The position numbers and the translations under genes were made by a program. This document shows, one piece after another, positions 30,598 through 40,162 of a DNA stretch of 64,000 nucleotides. The DNA is taken from NCBI GenBank assembly GCA_003221695.1, contig QHSX01000058.1, positions 326-64,325 on the forward strand. The letters are read 5' to 3'. The notes beneath the pieces were generated by a model. It was given only the letters and a program-made list of their open reading frames with translations. It was not told the origin of the DNA and made no database searches. This DNA is from Candidatus Rokuibacteriota bacterium. Its GTDB lineage: Bacteria; Methylomirabilota; Methylomirabilia; Rokubacteriales; CSP1-6. How positions within the stretch are numbered: the first letter of the stretch is position 1; each line of letters opens with the position of its first letter.

Positions 30598-33500
30598 ATG
30601 AGCCCTCTGGAATTTCCGGCGCGGATCCCACCGCACAACCTCGACGCTGAACGCGCGGTCCTTGGCGCCATTCTCCTGGAAGGCCGCGAGACGCTCCCGC
30701 GCGTGATCGAGGTGCTCCGGCCGTCCGATTTCTACACGGAGGCCCACCGGGCGGCGTACGGGACGATGCTGCGCCTCTTCGACCGCGGCGAGCCCGTCGA
30801 TCTCATCACGCTCAGCGAGGAGCTCCGCCGTACGGATCAGCTCGAGTTCGTCGGGGGGGCCGCCGCGCTCGCGCTCCTCGTGGAGCAGGCCTCGATCGCG
30901 GCCCACCTCATCGCCTACGCCCAGATCGTCCGCGACATGGCGGTGCTGCGCGAGCTGATCCAGACGTCCACGCAGATCATCGGCCAGGCCTTCGAGGCGA
31001 AGGAGGATGTCCAGGCCCTGGTCGACGACGCCGAACGCCGGATCTTCAGTCTGGCCGAGCGGCGGCTCGAGGGCAGCGCGCTTCCGATCGGCAAGATTCT
31101 CAAGAACACCTTCGAGTACATCGAGCGGCTCTACGAGCGGAAGGAGCATGTCACCGGCATCGCGACGGGGTTCGAGAAGCTCGACCTCGAGACCTCGGGG
31201 CTCCAGCCCTCGGACTTCATCATCATCGCGGGTCGGCCGAGCATGGGGAAGGCCCAGCCCCTCGACGCCCAGGTCAAGACGGTCGCGGGGTGGAAGCGGA
31301 TGGGCGATCTGAAGCTGGGCGACGAGCTCGCGTCCGTGGACGGCCGGCGCTCTCTGGTGAGCGGGATCTTCCCCCAGGGTCCTGAACAGGTCTACCGCGT
31401 CACCTTCTCCGATGGCCGTTCCACGGAGGCGAGCGCCCAACACCTCTGGCGCGTCCATTACCGTAATTGGCGTGAGCCCCGGACGCTCTCCAGCGAGCGC
31501 GTGGCGCAGATGTTGCGGGTCAAGCGATACCGGCACCGTCTGTGGATCGACGTGCCGTCCGGCGTCCACGGTCACGCCGAGGCGCTTCCTATCGATCCGT
31601 GGTTGCTGGGCGCGCTGCTCGGTGACGGGAAGCTTTCGGGGACCAGTCTGATCTTTTCGACGTCCGATGCCGCGATGCTGGAGCAATTTCTCGAGCGGAC
31701 ACGAGAGGGCTTCGCCCTGCGCGCCGTCGGCGGCTACGACTGGCGTATCGTCCAGGCGACGGGCGCGCATCGCCGGGGTACCCAGGGCGTCTCGCCGAAC
31801 CGACTGATGGAAGCGCTCCGCGGGCTCGGCCTCTGGGGAATCCGTAGCGATGAGAAGTTCATCCCAGACATCTACCTGAATGCCTCACGCGAAGCGCGTC
31901 TCGATGTCGTGCGCGGCCTCATGGATACCGACGGCTGGGTCGAGCGCTGGGGGAGCGCGCGGTTCTGCTCCACGAGCGAGCGCCTGGCGCGGAACGTGGC
32001 TGAACTGGTGCGCTCCCTTGGCGGCTGGTGTTCGGTTCGAGGCAGGCGGACAACGTACAGTTATCGCGGAGAGAAGAAGGCCGGCAGACGGGCCTTCGTG
32101 TGCAACGTTCACTACGCGGACCCCCAAGCGATCTTCGCGCCGTCGCGGAAGCGCGACAGAGTGTTGGCGGCGCCGCGGCGACGGTGGCGGCCCGTGTTCG
32201 TCTCGGTCGAGCCTACGCGAGTGACGGACACCCAGTGCATCGCGGTCACCCATCCGTCCCGGCTCTACGTCACCGATGACTACGTGGTGACTCACAACAC
32301 GGCGTTCGCGCTCAACGTCGCGCAGCACGTGGGCATCCATCTGCGCGGCCGGGTACTGGTGCTGAGCCTCGAGATGTCCGCCCAGCAGATCGTCCAGCGG
32401 ATGCTTTGCGCCGAGGCCAAGGTGGACTCGCAGGCGGTGCGCACCGGCTACCTCTCCTCCTCGGACTGGCACCGCCTGACCGCGGCAGCCGGCCGTCTCA
32501 GCGAGGCGCAGATCTTCATCGACGACAGCCCCGGGCTCAGCGTGCTCGAGGCGCGGGCCAAGGCGCGACGGATGAAGGCCGAGCACGGGCTCGAGCTCAT
32601 GATCATCGATTACCTCCAGCTCATGCGGGGGCGCGCGGCGATGGAGAGCCGCCAGCAGGAGATTTCGGAGATCTCCCGGTCGCTCAAGGCGCTCGCGAAG
32701 GAGCTGAACGTGCCGGTGGTCGCCCTCTCCCAGCTCTCGCGCGCGGTGGAGTCGCGCGCCACCCGCGACTTCCGGCCGCAGCTCTCGGACCTCAGAGAAT
32801 GCGTGACCGGCGACACCCTGGTCGTCCTCGCTGATGGGCGACGAATCCAGATCTGCGATCTCGTGGACGGCGCGCCCGAAGTCCTCGCGATGTCTCCGGC
32901 CGGCAAGATCATCATGACCAAGAGCGAACGGATCTGGCGGGTGGGGATACGGCCAGTCTTCGAGATCCGGCTCGCGAGCGGGCGGATCATCCGGGCGACC
33001 GGGCAGCATCGCCTCTTCTCCGCGCAGGGGTGGATGACGGTGAACGAGCTTTCGGCCGGTGATCGCCTTGCGATCGCGAGGAGGCTGCCGGAACCATTAT
33101 TCCCTGACTGCTGGCCGGATCGGCGCGTCGTACTCCTCGGGCAGTTGATCGGGGACGGCAGCTATCTGATTCATCAGCCGTTGCGATACACGACCAGTTC
33201 AGAGGACAACAGCCGCGTTGTCGCTGAGGCGGCAAGCGAGGAGTTCGGGTGTCGGGTCAGCCGCCATGCCGGCCGTGATGGCTGGCACCAGCTCGTCATC
33301 AGTGGGAACGGGAATCGCTGGTGCCACCGGGGCGTTGGCGGATGGCTTCGGCAGCTGGGGATCTTCGGTCAACGGTCCTATCAGAAGCGGATTCCCGAGG
33401 CGGCCTTTCGGCTCTCGACCCGACAGGTCGCCCTGCTCCTGCGCCATCTGTGGGCGACGGACGGAACCATCGCCCCACGCAGAGGCGGGAAGGGGAGCCA

Positions 33501-34278
33501 CGGGGTCTCATATGGCACCAACAGTCCAGGATTGGCGAGAGACGTGGCGGCGTTACTGCTGCGACTCGGCATCGTGGCGAGGATCTCCTCTGCCCGAAAG
33601 GGCAGCTACCGCCCCTCCTTCTTCGTCACGGTCTCGGGCGCCGCGGACGAGCGGCGGTTTCTCGAGACGGTTGGCGCGTTTGGTCCCCGAGGACCCCAGG
33701 CGCAGCGCCTGAAGGCCTTGCTGAAGGACTGCAAGGCCAACACCAACGTCGACACGCTCCCCGTTCAAGATTTCGAGCGGGTGAAGGAATTAATGCGCGT
33801 GCGGGGCATCTCCCAGCGACGGATGACCGTGATGCGGGGAACAGCGTACGGGGGAAGTTCCCATTTCCGATTTGCGCCGTCACGGGCCGTGTTGCAGCAG
33901 TACGCCGAGATCCTCGATGACGACGGGCTTCGCGCGCGCGCAGCCAGCGATCTGTTCTGGGATCGCATCATTGCCATCGAGCCCTCCGGGGAGGAGGAGG
34001 TCTTCGATCTCACCGTGCCCGGCCCGGCGTCCTGGCTCGCCGACGGAATCGTCAGCCACAACTCCGGGGCGTTGGAGCAGGACGCCGACCTGATCCTGTT
34101 CCTCTATCGCCAGTCGCAGTACAAGGAGGACCTCCCGCCGGACGAGGCCAACGTCGCCGACGTCATCATCGGCAAGCAGCGCAACGGCCCCGTCGGCACG
34201 GTCAAGGTCGTGTTCCTGCCCCAGTACGCGCGGTTCGAGAACGTCGCGGAGTCCCACCGGCAGCCGCAGCCGTTTTAG
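30598..34278 (+). CDS. dnaB: Replicative DNA helicase DnaB interrupted by two inteins (extein about 456 aa)
   Basis: Extein N-terminal domain ...Walker A GRPSMGK|[intein1]|TAFALNVAQ ... RPQLSDLRE|[intein2]|SGALEQDADLILFLYRQ. Confidence 0.95.
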   Translation: MSPLEFPARIPPHNLDAERAVLGAILLEGRETLPRVIEVLRPSDFYTEAHRAAYGTMLRLFDRGEPVDLITLSEELRRTDQLEFVGGAAALALLVEQASIAAHLIAYAQIVRDMAVLRELIQTSTQIIGQAFEAKEDVQALVDDAERRIFSLAERRLEGSALPIGKILKNTFEYIERLYERKEHVTGIATGFEKLDLETSGLQPSDFIIIAGRPSMGKAQPLDAQVKTVAGWKRMGDLKLGDELASVDGRRSLVSGIFPQGPEQVYRVTFSDGRSTEASAQHLWRVHYRNWREPRTLSSERVAQMLRVKRYRHRLWIDVPSGVHGHAEALPIDPWLLGALLGDGKLSGTSLIFSTSDAAMLEQFLERTREGFALRAVGGYDWRIVQATGAHRRGTQGVSPNRLMEALRGLGLWGIRSDEKFIPDIYLNASREARLDVVRGLMDTDGWVERWGSARFCSTSERLARNVAELVRSLGGWCSVRGRRTTYSYRGEKKAGRRAFVCNVHYADPQAIFAPSRKRDRVLAAPRRRWRPVFVSVEPTRVTDTQCIAVTHPSRLYVTDDYVVTHNTAFALNVAQHVGIHLRGRVLVLSLEMSAQQIVQRMLCAEAKVDSQAVRTGYLSSSDWHRLTAAAGRLSEAQIFIDDSPGLSVLEARAKARRMKAEHGLELMIIDYLQLMRGRAAMESRQQEISEISRSLKALAKELNVPVVALSQLSRAVESRATRDFRPQLSDLRECVTGDTLVVLADGRRIQICDLVDGAPEVLAMSPAGKIIMTKSERIWRVGIRPVFEIRLASGRIIRATGQHRLFSAQGWMTVNELSAGDRLAIARRLPEPLFPDCWPDRRVVLLGQLIGDGSYLIHQPLRYTTSSEDNSRVVAEAASEEFGCRVSRHAGRDGWHQLVISGNGNRWCHRGVGGWLRQLGIFGQRSYQKRIPEAAFRLSTRQVALLLRHLWATDGTIAPRRGGKGSHGVSYGTNSPGLARDVAALLLRLGIVARISSARKGSYRPSFFVTVSGAADERRFLETVGAFGPRGPQAQRLKALLKDCKANTNVDTLPVQDFERVKELMRVRGISQRRMTVMRGTAYGGSSHFRFAPSRAVLQQYAEILDDDGLRARAASDLFWDRIIAIEPSGEEEVFDLTVPGPASWLADGIVSHNSGALEQDADLILFLYRQSQYKEDLPPDEANVADVIIGKQRNGPVGTVKVVFLPQYARFENVAESHRQPQPF
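31252..32298 (+). mobile_element. Intein 1 (349 aa) in the DnaB P-loop, with a LAGLIDADG homing endonuclease; class-3-like (Ala1, block-F Cys)
   Basis: Begins AQPLDAQ. Block B ...TEASAQHLW. LAGLIDADG motifs LLGALLGDGK and VVRGLMDTDGWV. Block F TDTQCIAVT. Ends VVTHN, followed by extein Thr. Confidence 0.8.
32800..34062 (+). mobile_element. Intein 2 (421 aa), canonical class 1 (Cys1...HN/Ser+1) with a LAGLIDADG homing endonuclease
   Basis: Begins CVTGDTLVVLADG. LAGLIDADG motifs LLGQLIGDGS and LLRHLWATDGT. Ends LADGIVSHN|S. Confidence 0.85.
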
Positions 34279-34312
34279 GTACAGGCGCGCTGCGCGCAGT
34301 AATATTGGCCCC

Positions 34313-36133
34313 GTGCGCCTGCACCGGCTCAAACGGCTCTTCGTCGGCACCCCGCTCCCCACCGCGCAGCAACGGCACGAGCGCCTCGGCAAGGCCACCG
34401 CGCTCGCGGTGTTCGCCTCGGATCCGCTCTCCTCGGTGGCGTACGCGACCGAGGAAATCCTGTTCGTCCTGGTCCTGGCCGGCTCCGCTGCGCTGAGCTA
34501 CTCGCTCCCGATCGGGATTGGAATCGCCGCCCTGATCCTGATCGTCATCAGCTCCTACCGGCAGACGATCCGGGCATACCCGCAGGGGGGCGGCGCCTAC
34601 ATCGTGGCGAAGGACAACCTCGGCGTCTTTCCGTCGCTCGTCGCGGCCGCAGCGTTGCTCATCGACTATGTGCTCACCGTGGCCGTGTCGGTGGCGGCCG
34701 GCGTGGCGGCGGTGACGTCGGCCGTTCCCGAACTCTTTCCCTACCGCACGTGGCTCTGCGTCGTTGCCGTCGTCGGGGTCGCCGTCACCAATCTGCGCGG
34801 CGTGCGCGAGTCCGGCCAGATTTTCGCGGCACCGACCTACCTGTTCGTCGTGAGCGTCCTGGGCATGGTGGCGTGGGGCGTTGGCGGCGCCGCGCTCGGC
34901 ATGCTTCCCGCCAAGCCGTACGAGCCGCACGCGCCGGGGCTCGAGGGCATCGGGCTCTTCCTCTTCCTCCGCGCGTTTTCCGCGGGCTGCACGGCGCTCA
35001 CCGGCGTGGAGGCCGTCTCCGACGGGGTGCCGGCCTTCAAGCCGCCCGAGGCGCACAACGCCCGGATCGTCATGGCCTGGCTCGGCGCCATCTCGGTCAC
35101 CATGTTCCTCGGGATCACCTACCTCGCGTACGACCTTGGCATCGTGCCGGGCGGCAATGAGACGGTCGTCTCGAAGATCGCCCGCCAGCTCTTCGGCACC
35201 GGGCCCCTGTACTTCGAGCTCCAGGCCGTGACGATGCTCATTCTCTTGTTGGCCGCGAACACGTCCTTCGCCGACTTCCCGCGCCTGTCGTTCTTCCTGG
35301 CCCGCGACCGGTTCATCCCCCGCCAGTTCGGCACTCAGGGCGATCGCCTCGTCTTCTCCAACGGCATCGTGATCCTGGCGGGCCTGGCGAGCGTGCTCCT
35401 CGTCGTCTTCCAGGGCGACACGCACGCCCTGCTGCCGCTCTACGCCATCGGCGTCTTCGTCTCGTTCACGGTGTCCCAGAGCAGTATGGTGCGCCGGTGG
35501 CTCCGCCTCAGGGAGACGGGGTGGTGGTGGCGTGTGTGGCTCAACGGGATCGGCGCCTTCGTCACCGGCGTGGTCCTCCTGACGCTCGCGGTGACGAAGT
35601 TCACCGAGGGTGCGTGGATCGTCGTCCTGCTGATCCCGACGCTCGTGGCCGCGTTTCTGACGGTGCGCCGCCACTACGAGGAAGTCGCCGCGCAGCTCTC
35701 GCTCGAGGGCTTCGAGCCGCCCCCACCCATGACGAACACCGTGCTCGTGCTCGTTGGCGACATCCACCGCGGCGTGATCAAGGCCATTCAGTACGCGCAG
35801 TCGCTCTCGCCCACCGCCAAGGCCGTGTTCGTCGAGATCGACCCCGAGCGGACGCGGAAGCTGGAGGAGAAGTGGGGGAAGTGGGGGATGGGCGTCCCGC
35901 TGATCGTCCTGTCGTCGCCCTATCGGTCGTTGCTCGGGCCGCTGCTCGAGTACATCGATCACCTCCAGAAGGACGACGAGAACCACGTCGTGACGATCGT
36001 GCTCCCGGAGTTCATTCCGGCGCGCTGGTGGCAGCTCGGCCTGCACAACCAGACGGCGCTGCTCATCAAGGGCGCCATGCTCTTCCGGAAGAACGTCACC
36101 GTGACCGACGTCCCCTACCACCTGAAGCACTAG
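34313..36133 (+). CDS. APC-superfamily transporter of the KimA (K+ uptake) type, with a C-terminal cytoplasmic domain
   Basis: N-terminus RLKRLFVGTPL...DPLSSVAYATEEIL...SYRQTIRAYPQGGGAYIVAKDNLG, closely resembling KimA/YdaO-type permeases. Confidence 0.65.
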   Translation: MRLHRLKRLFVGTPLPTAQQRHERLGKATALAVFASDPLSSVAYATEEILFVLVLAGSAALSYSLPIGIGIAALILIVISSYRQTIRAYPQGGGAYIVAKDNLGVFPSLVAAAALLIDYVLTVAVSVAAGVAAVTSAVPELFPYRTWLCVVAVVGVAVTNLRGVRESGQIFAAPTYLFVVSVLGMVAWGVGGAALGMLPAKPYEPHAPGLEGIGLFLFLRAFSAGCTALTGVEAVSDGVPAFKPPEAHNARIVMAWLGAISVTMFLGITYLAYDLGIVPGGNETVVSKIARQLFGTGPLYFELQAVTMLILLLAANTSFADFPRLSFFLARDRFIPRQFGTQGDRLVFSNGIVILAGLASVLLVVFQGDTHALLPLYAIGVFVSFTVSQSSMVRRWLRLRETGWWWRVWLNGIGAFVTGVVLLTLAVTKFTEGAWIVVLLIPTLVAAFLTVRRHYEEVAAQLSLEGFEPPPPMTNTVLVLVGDIHRGVIKAIQYAQSLSPTAKAVFVEIDPERTRKLEEKWGKWGMGVPLIVLSSPYRSLLGPLLEYIDHLQKDDENHVVTIVLPEFIPARWWQLGLHNQTALLIKGAMLFRKNVTVTDVPYHLKH

Positions 36134-36202
36134 CCGCGGAGCGCTGGAGAACGTCGCGCGTCGGCGCGCGCCGACGGAGGCGCCGCGGCAACTCTGGTAC
36201 AC

Positions 36203-37144
36203 TTGATGGCCCGTGACCACGCGATGAACATCGTCCTCGCCCCGGACGGGCCGCTCCATGCCGGCGCGACGCTCGCGCGCTACCACCTGTGGGGAGAAGA
36301 TCCCGCGAACCGCCTCGCGGACGGCGCGTTCCTGCGTGTGCTCCGACGTCCCGGACGGCTCGTGCCCTACGAGGTCCGTCCCACCGGTCCGGTGGACGAC
36401 GCGCGACTCGCGGTGCGCATCCCGCGCGCACGCGACGCGGCGACGGGCGCGGCCGTCGCGGCGGAGGTCCGCCGCATCTTCGGCCTCGACTTCGATCTCT
36501 CCGGTTTCTACCGAATGGCAAAGAGCGATCCCGTCCTGACCGCCCTCGTCGAGCCGCTCTACGGGATGCGGCCGACGCTCGCGCCGACGCCGCTCGAGAT
36601 GCTCGTGGGGTCGATCAGCGCCCAGCAGGTCAATCTTCAGTTCGCCTTCGCATGCCGGGCCCGCCTCGTGCGCCGGTATGGGACGCCCGTCGCCCTCGGC
36701 CGTCACACCGTCTGGGCGTTCCCGGACGCCGCGACGCTCGCGCGCGGGGGGTTGCGGGACTTGCGCGTGATGAAGTTCTCGCGCCGCAAAGGCGAGTACA
36801 TCCGCGACCTCGCGCGGGCCGTCGTCTCGGGCCGGCTCGACCTCGACGCGCTCGCGGCGGCGCCGAGCGAGGCCGTGATCGAGCGGCTCACGCGGCAGCG
36901 CGGGCTTGGCCGGTGGACCGCGGACTGGTTCCTCGCCCGCTGCCTCGGCCGGGGCGACGTCTGCCCGGCGGGCGATCTCGGCGTGCGCCGGGCCTTCGAA
37001 CACTTCTACGGCCACGCGCGGACGCGGAGCGAGGAGGCGATCCGGCGCCGGGCACGCGGGTGGGGCGAGTACCAGAGCCTCGCCATCCACTACCTCCTCG
37101 CGGGGATGCGCCTCGAGCGGCGCGCCGCGGGCGGCGGCGCATGA
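36203..37144 (+). CDS. DNA-3-methyladenine glycosylase II (AlkA-like, HhH-GPD)
   Basis: AlkA N-domain plus HhH-GPD LGRWTADWFLARCLGRGDVCPAGDLGVRRAF. Confidence 0.8.
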   Translation: MMARDHAMNIVLAPDGPLHAGATLARYHLWGEDPANRLADGAFLRVLRRPGRLVPYEVRPTGPVDDARLAVRIPRARDAATGAAVAAEVRRIFGLDFDLSGFYRMAKSDPVLTALVEPLYGMRPTLAPTPLEMLVGSISAQQVNLQFAFACRARLVRRYGTPVALGRHTVWAFPDAATLARGGLRDLRVMKFSRRKGEYIRDLARAVVSGRLDLDALAAAPSEAVIERLTRQRGLGRWTADWFLARCLGRGDVCPAGDLGVRRAFEHFYGHARTRSEEAIRRRARGWGEYQSLAIHYLLAGMRLERRAAGGGA

Positions 37145-37467
37145 CTGCGAAGGTCGGCCTCAAGATCCTCGGCCAGCCAGACCCGAACGTCCCCAAGGAC
37201 GTGCACCTGGTCGGGCGCTATGCGCTCGGCGTGGACTGGGCCGACAACCACGGCTCCATCTACCCGTTCGACCGCCTCCGGCGCGACTGCACGTGCGGGG
37301 CGTGCGCGGCGCCGGCCGCCCTCACGCAGGCGATGGCGTGGCCGCAAGAGATCGCGCGGACCGAGGGCGGGCTCAGGGTGACGTGGGGCGACGGGCACGA
37401 GAGCCTCTACCCCTATCCGGCGCTGCGCGGGCTGTGTCGTTGCGCGGGCTGCACCGGCGGTCACTGA
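37141..37467 (+). CDS. DUF971 (gamma-butyrobetaine hydroxylase-like N-terminal) zinc-binding domain protein
   Basis: MTAKVGLKILGQ...CTCGACAAPAAL...CRCAGCTGGH. Start/stop overlaps couple it to alkA and the MFS gene. Confidence 0.6.
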   Translation: MTAKVGLKILGQPDPNVPKDVHLVGRYALGVDWADNHGSIYPFDRLRRDCTCGACAAPAALTQAMAWPQEIARTEGGLRVTWGDGHESLYPYPALRGLCRCAGCTGGH

Positions 37468-38867
37468 TGGAGGAGCGGGCGAAGCGACGCGTCCTTGCCG
37501 GGATCATGCTGTCCGTCTTCCTCGCCGCGATGGAGTCCACCGTCGTCGCGACGGCGATGCCCACGGTCGTTCGAAGCCTCGGGGGGATCGAGATCTACTC
37601 GTGGGTGTTCTCGGGCTTCCTGCTCACGCAGACGGTCACGATGCCGCTCTGGGGGCGGGTCTCGGATCTGTACGGCCGCCGGCCCGTCTTCCTGATCGGG
37701 CTCTCCACGTTCCTCGGCGGCTCGGCGCTCTCGGGAACCGCGCAGAGCATGGCGCAGCTGATCGCGTTCCGGATGGTGCAGGGGCTCGGCGCCGGCTCAC
37801 TGATGACGCTCGGCTACACGATCATCGGTGAGCTCTTCGGGCTCGAGCGCCGCGCTAAGCTGCAGGGGTGGATCTCGAGCGTCTGGGGCGTCTCCTCGCT
37901 GGTGGGCCCGTGGCTCGGCGGCGTGCTGTCCGACCACGTCTCGTGGCGATGGGTGTTCTACGTCAACCTGCCGTTCGGGGCAGTCGCGATGGCGCTGATC
38001 GCCGGCGCGCTCGTCGAGGAGGCACGCACCGCACGGCGGCCCGTCATCGACTACGCGGGCGTCGCGCTCTTCGCCGCGGGCGTGTCCGCGCTCCTGCTCG
38101 GCATCATGCAGGCGGGGCGCGTCGGGTCCTGGTCGGGTGTCGCCGTGCTGAGCCCGCTCGGGCTCGGCCTGACCGGGCTCGTGCTGTTCGTGCTCGTCGA
38201 GCGCCGGGCGGCCGAGCCGATCGTGCCGCTCCGGCTCTTCGGCAGCCGTATGGTCGTGGCCGCCGTCGTCACCCGCTTCCTCGCTGGCATGGCCATGTTC
38301 GGCGCGATCTCGTTCGTCCCGCTCTTCCTCCAGTCGGTCACGGGCACCACGGCGACGGGCGCGGGCATGGTCCTCACGCCGTTCATCCTCGGCTGGGTAG
38401 CGATGTCGGTGACGAGCGCGCGGTTGGTCCTCCGGATCGGCTACCGTACGGTCGTCATGGCGGGCATGGCGTGCCTGACGGGCGCGTTTCTCCTGTTCAC
38501 GCGCTGGTCGGCCACGCTCAGCCAGGGCGAAGCGATGCGCGATGTCCTGCTCGCCGGGGTCGGCATGGGCCTGGTCGTGGTGCCGATGCTGATCGCCGTC
38601 CAGAGTGCTGTACCGCGGAGCGATCTGGGCGCCGCCACGTCGATGACACAGTTCTTCATGTCCGTCGGCGGTGCGGTGGGGCTCTCCGTCATGGGCGCCG
38701 TGATGGCCCAAAGGCTCGACGCAGGGCGCCCGATGGCCGAGGCGCTCCACGGGGTCTTCATCGTCGGGTTCGTCGTCTGCGTTGCCGCCGTCGCCTCCGC
38801 GCTGCTCGTGCCGGCCGGGCGCGCCCGGGACCTCGCGCGAGCGGAGCCGACGCGGGTGGGAGGGTGA
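37467..38867 (+). CDS. MFS transporter, 14-TM DHA2 (EmrB/QacA) type
   Basis: MEERAKRRVLAGIMLSVFLAAMESTVVATAMPTVV...GRVSDLYGRRPVFLIG. Confidence 0.85.
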   Translation: MEERAKRRVLAGIMLSVFLAAMESTVVATAMPTVVRSLGGIEIYSWVFSGFLLTQTVTMPLWGRVSDLYGRRPVFLIGLSTFLGGSALSGTAQSMAQLIAFRMVQGLGAGSLMTLGYTIIGELFGLERRAKLQGWISSVWGVSSLVGPWLGGVLSDHVSWRWVFYVNLPFGAVAMALIAGALVEEARTARRPVIDYAGVALFAAGVSALLLGIMQAGRVGSWSGVAVLSPLGLGLTGLVLFVLVERRAAEPIVPLRLFGSRMVVAAVVTRFLAGMAMFGAISFVPLFLQSVTGTTATGAGMVLTPFILGWVAMSVTSARLVLRIGYRTVVMAGMACLTGAFLLFTRWSATLSQGEAMRDVLLAGVGMGLVVVPMLIAVQSAVPRSDLGAATSMTQFFMSVGGAVGLSVMGAVMAQRLDAGRPMAEALHGVFIVGFVVCVAAVASALLVPAGRARDLARAEPTRVGG

Positions 38868-38870
38868 ACG

Positions 38871-39377
38871 ATGGCCGGTGACGTGCCGTTCCTCGAGCGT
38901 CTCGCCCAGCTGCCGCCCGTGCCCGCTGCCGAGGCGCCAGCCCTCGTCGAGCGACTCGTCACGCCGCAGGGCGATCCCGTGGTGGGCCCGCTCTTCAGCG
39001 TCGACGACGAGGGCGACCTCGTCGTCAACCCGCTCGTCCCCGCCGTGCTCAAGTCGTTGCAGGACAGGGCCGACCTCACGTGCTACGGGGCACTGCTCGA
39101 GGGGTTGACGGGGATCTGGAACGCTGCGGTGCGCGCGGCCGTCGTGGCGCGGCTGCGCGCGTCGGGCCTGCCGCCCGACGATCTGCTGCTACGGCTCGGT
39201 GCGCTGTCGCCGACGCTCGGGTTCGCGACGGAGACGCCGGAGTGGGCCCGCGAGTGGCTCGCGGACCCGTTCACCCAGGACGCGCTGCTCGTCCAGCAGT
39301 GCATGGTTCGCGTACTCCTGGCGCTCCGCACGATGGCCGAGGCGCGGGCGGCCGAGCTGACGACGAAGCTCGGCTGA
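38871..39377 (+). CDS. Hypothetical protein
   Basis: 168-aa ORF with good coding-frame composition and no recognisable motif. Confidence 0.4.
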   Translation: MAGDVPFLERLAQLPPVPAAEAPALVERLVTPQGDPVVGPLFSVDDEGDLVVNPLVPAVLKSLQDRADLTCYGALLEGLTGIWNAAVRAAVVARLRASGLPPDDLLLRLGALSPTLGFATETPEWAREWLADPFTQDALLVQQCMVRVLLALRTMAEARAAELTTKLG

Positions 39378-39394
39378 CGATTCGGGGAGGGACC

Positions 39395-39742
39395 ATGCAC
39401 ATCCACGAGCGGAACCGGGAGAAGAAGCGGCTCGGCACGCTGATGCTCAAGTCGCCGATGAAGGTCTACGCGGCGTTCGGCGAGCTGGGCAAGAAGGTCT
39501 ACGCCGACGGGGCGCTGTCGAAGAAGCACAAGGAGTTGACGGCCCTGGCCGTGGCGGTGTCGCAGAACTGCTTCGACTGAATCGATCATCGCGTCGAGGA
39601 GGTCCTCGACCAGGGGGCGACGGATGCCGAAATCGCGGAGACGCTGGACATCGGGCTGCTGATGGGCGGCACGCTCGCCGCCAAGTCCGTCCGCCACGCG
39701 TTCTCGGTGCTCGAGCAGCTCAAGGCAGCCAAGGGGGACTGA
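39395..39742 (+). CDS. Carboxymuconolactone decarboxylase/AhpD-family protein with an in-frame TGA (candidate selenoprotein, C-x-x-U-x-x-H)
   Basis: SD GGGGAGGG then ATG(39395). ...HKELTALAVAVSQNCFD-TGA(39578)-IDHRVEEVLDQGATDAEIAETLDIGLLMGGTLAA, ending at TGA 39740. The AhpD core motif has Sec in place of the second Cys. Hairpin GTCGAGG-AGGT-CCTCGAC starts 13 nt after the TGA. Confidence 0.55.
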
Positions 39743-39744
39743 GC

Positions 39745-40140
39745 ATGGCGACGATTCCGGAGAACTACCGCGACCTCTTCACGAAGAAGACGTTTGCCCA
39801 CCTGGCGACCGTCGGCGCCAACAACACGCCGCAGGTCACGCCGGTCTGGTGCGACTGGGATGGTACCTACGTGAGGATCAACACCGCGCGCGGGCGGGTG
39901 AAGGACCGGAACCTCAGGAAGAACCCGAGGGTCGCCCTCTCGATCCAGGACCCGGACAACCCCTACCGGTACATCCAGGTCCGTGGGCGCGTCGCCGAGA
40001 TGACGGAGCAGGGGGCCGACGCGCACATCGATGCGCTCGCCAAGAAGTATCTCGGGAAGGACAAGTACCCGTACCGCCGCCCCGACGAGGTCCGCGTGAC
40101 CGTGAAGATCCTCCCCGAGAAGGTTCAGACGCTGGGATGA
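39745..40140 (+). CDS. Pyridoxamine 5'-phosphate oxidase-family (PPOX class, possibly F420/FMN-binding) protein
   Basis: [51 protein letters not shown]. Confidence 0.7.
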   Translation: MATIPENYRDLFTKKTFAHLATVGANNTPQVTPVWCDWDGTYVRINTARGRVKDRNLRKNPRVALSIQDPDNPYRYIQVRGRVAEMTEQGADAHIDALAKKYLGKDKYPYRRPDEVRVTVKILPEKVQTLG

Positions 40141-40162
40141 GGGCACTCCCCGGCCCTCACGC

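Noticed and set aside
36289-37467. 392-aa ORF spanning alkA in another frame
   Set aside because: Only its last 108 aa (the DUF971 Zn-binding domain, ATG 37141) are meaningful. The upstream part is a wrong-frame overlap of alkA.
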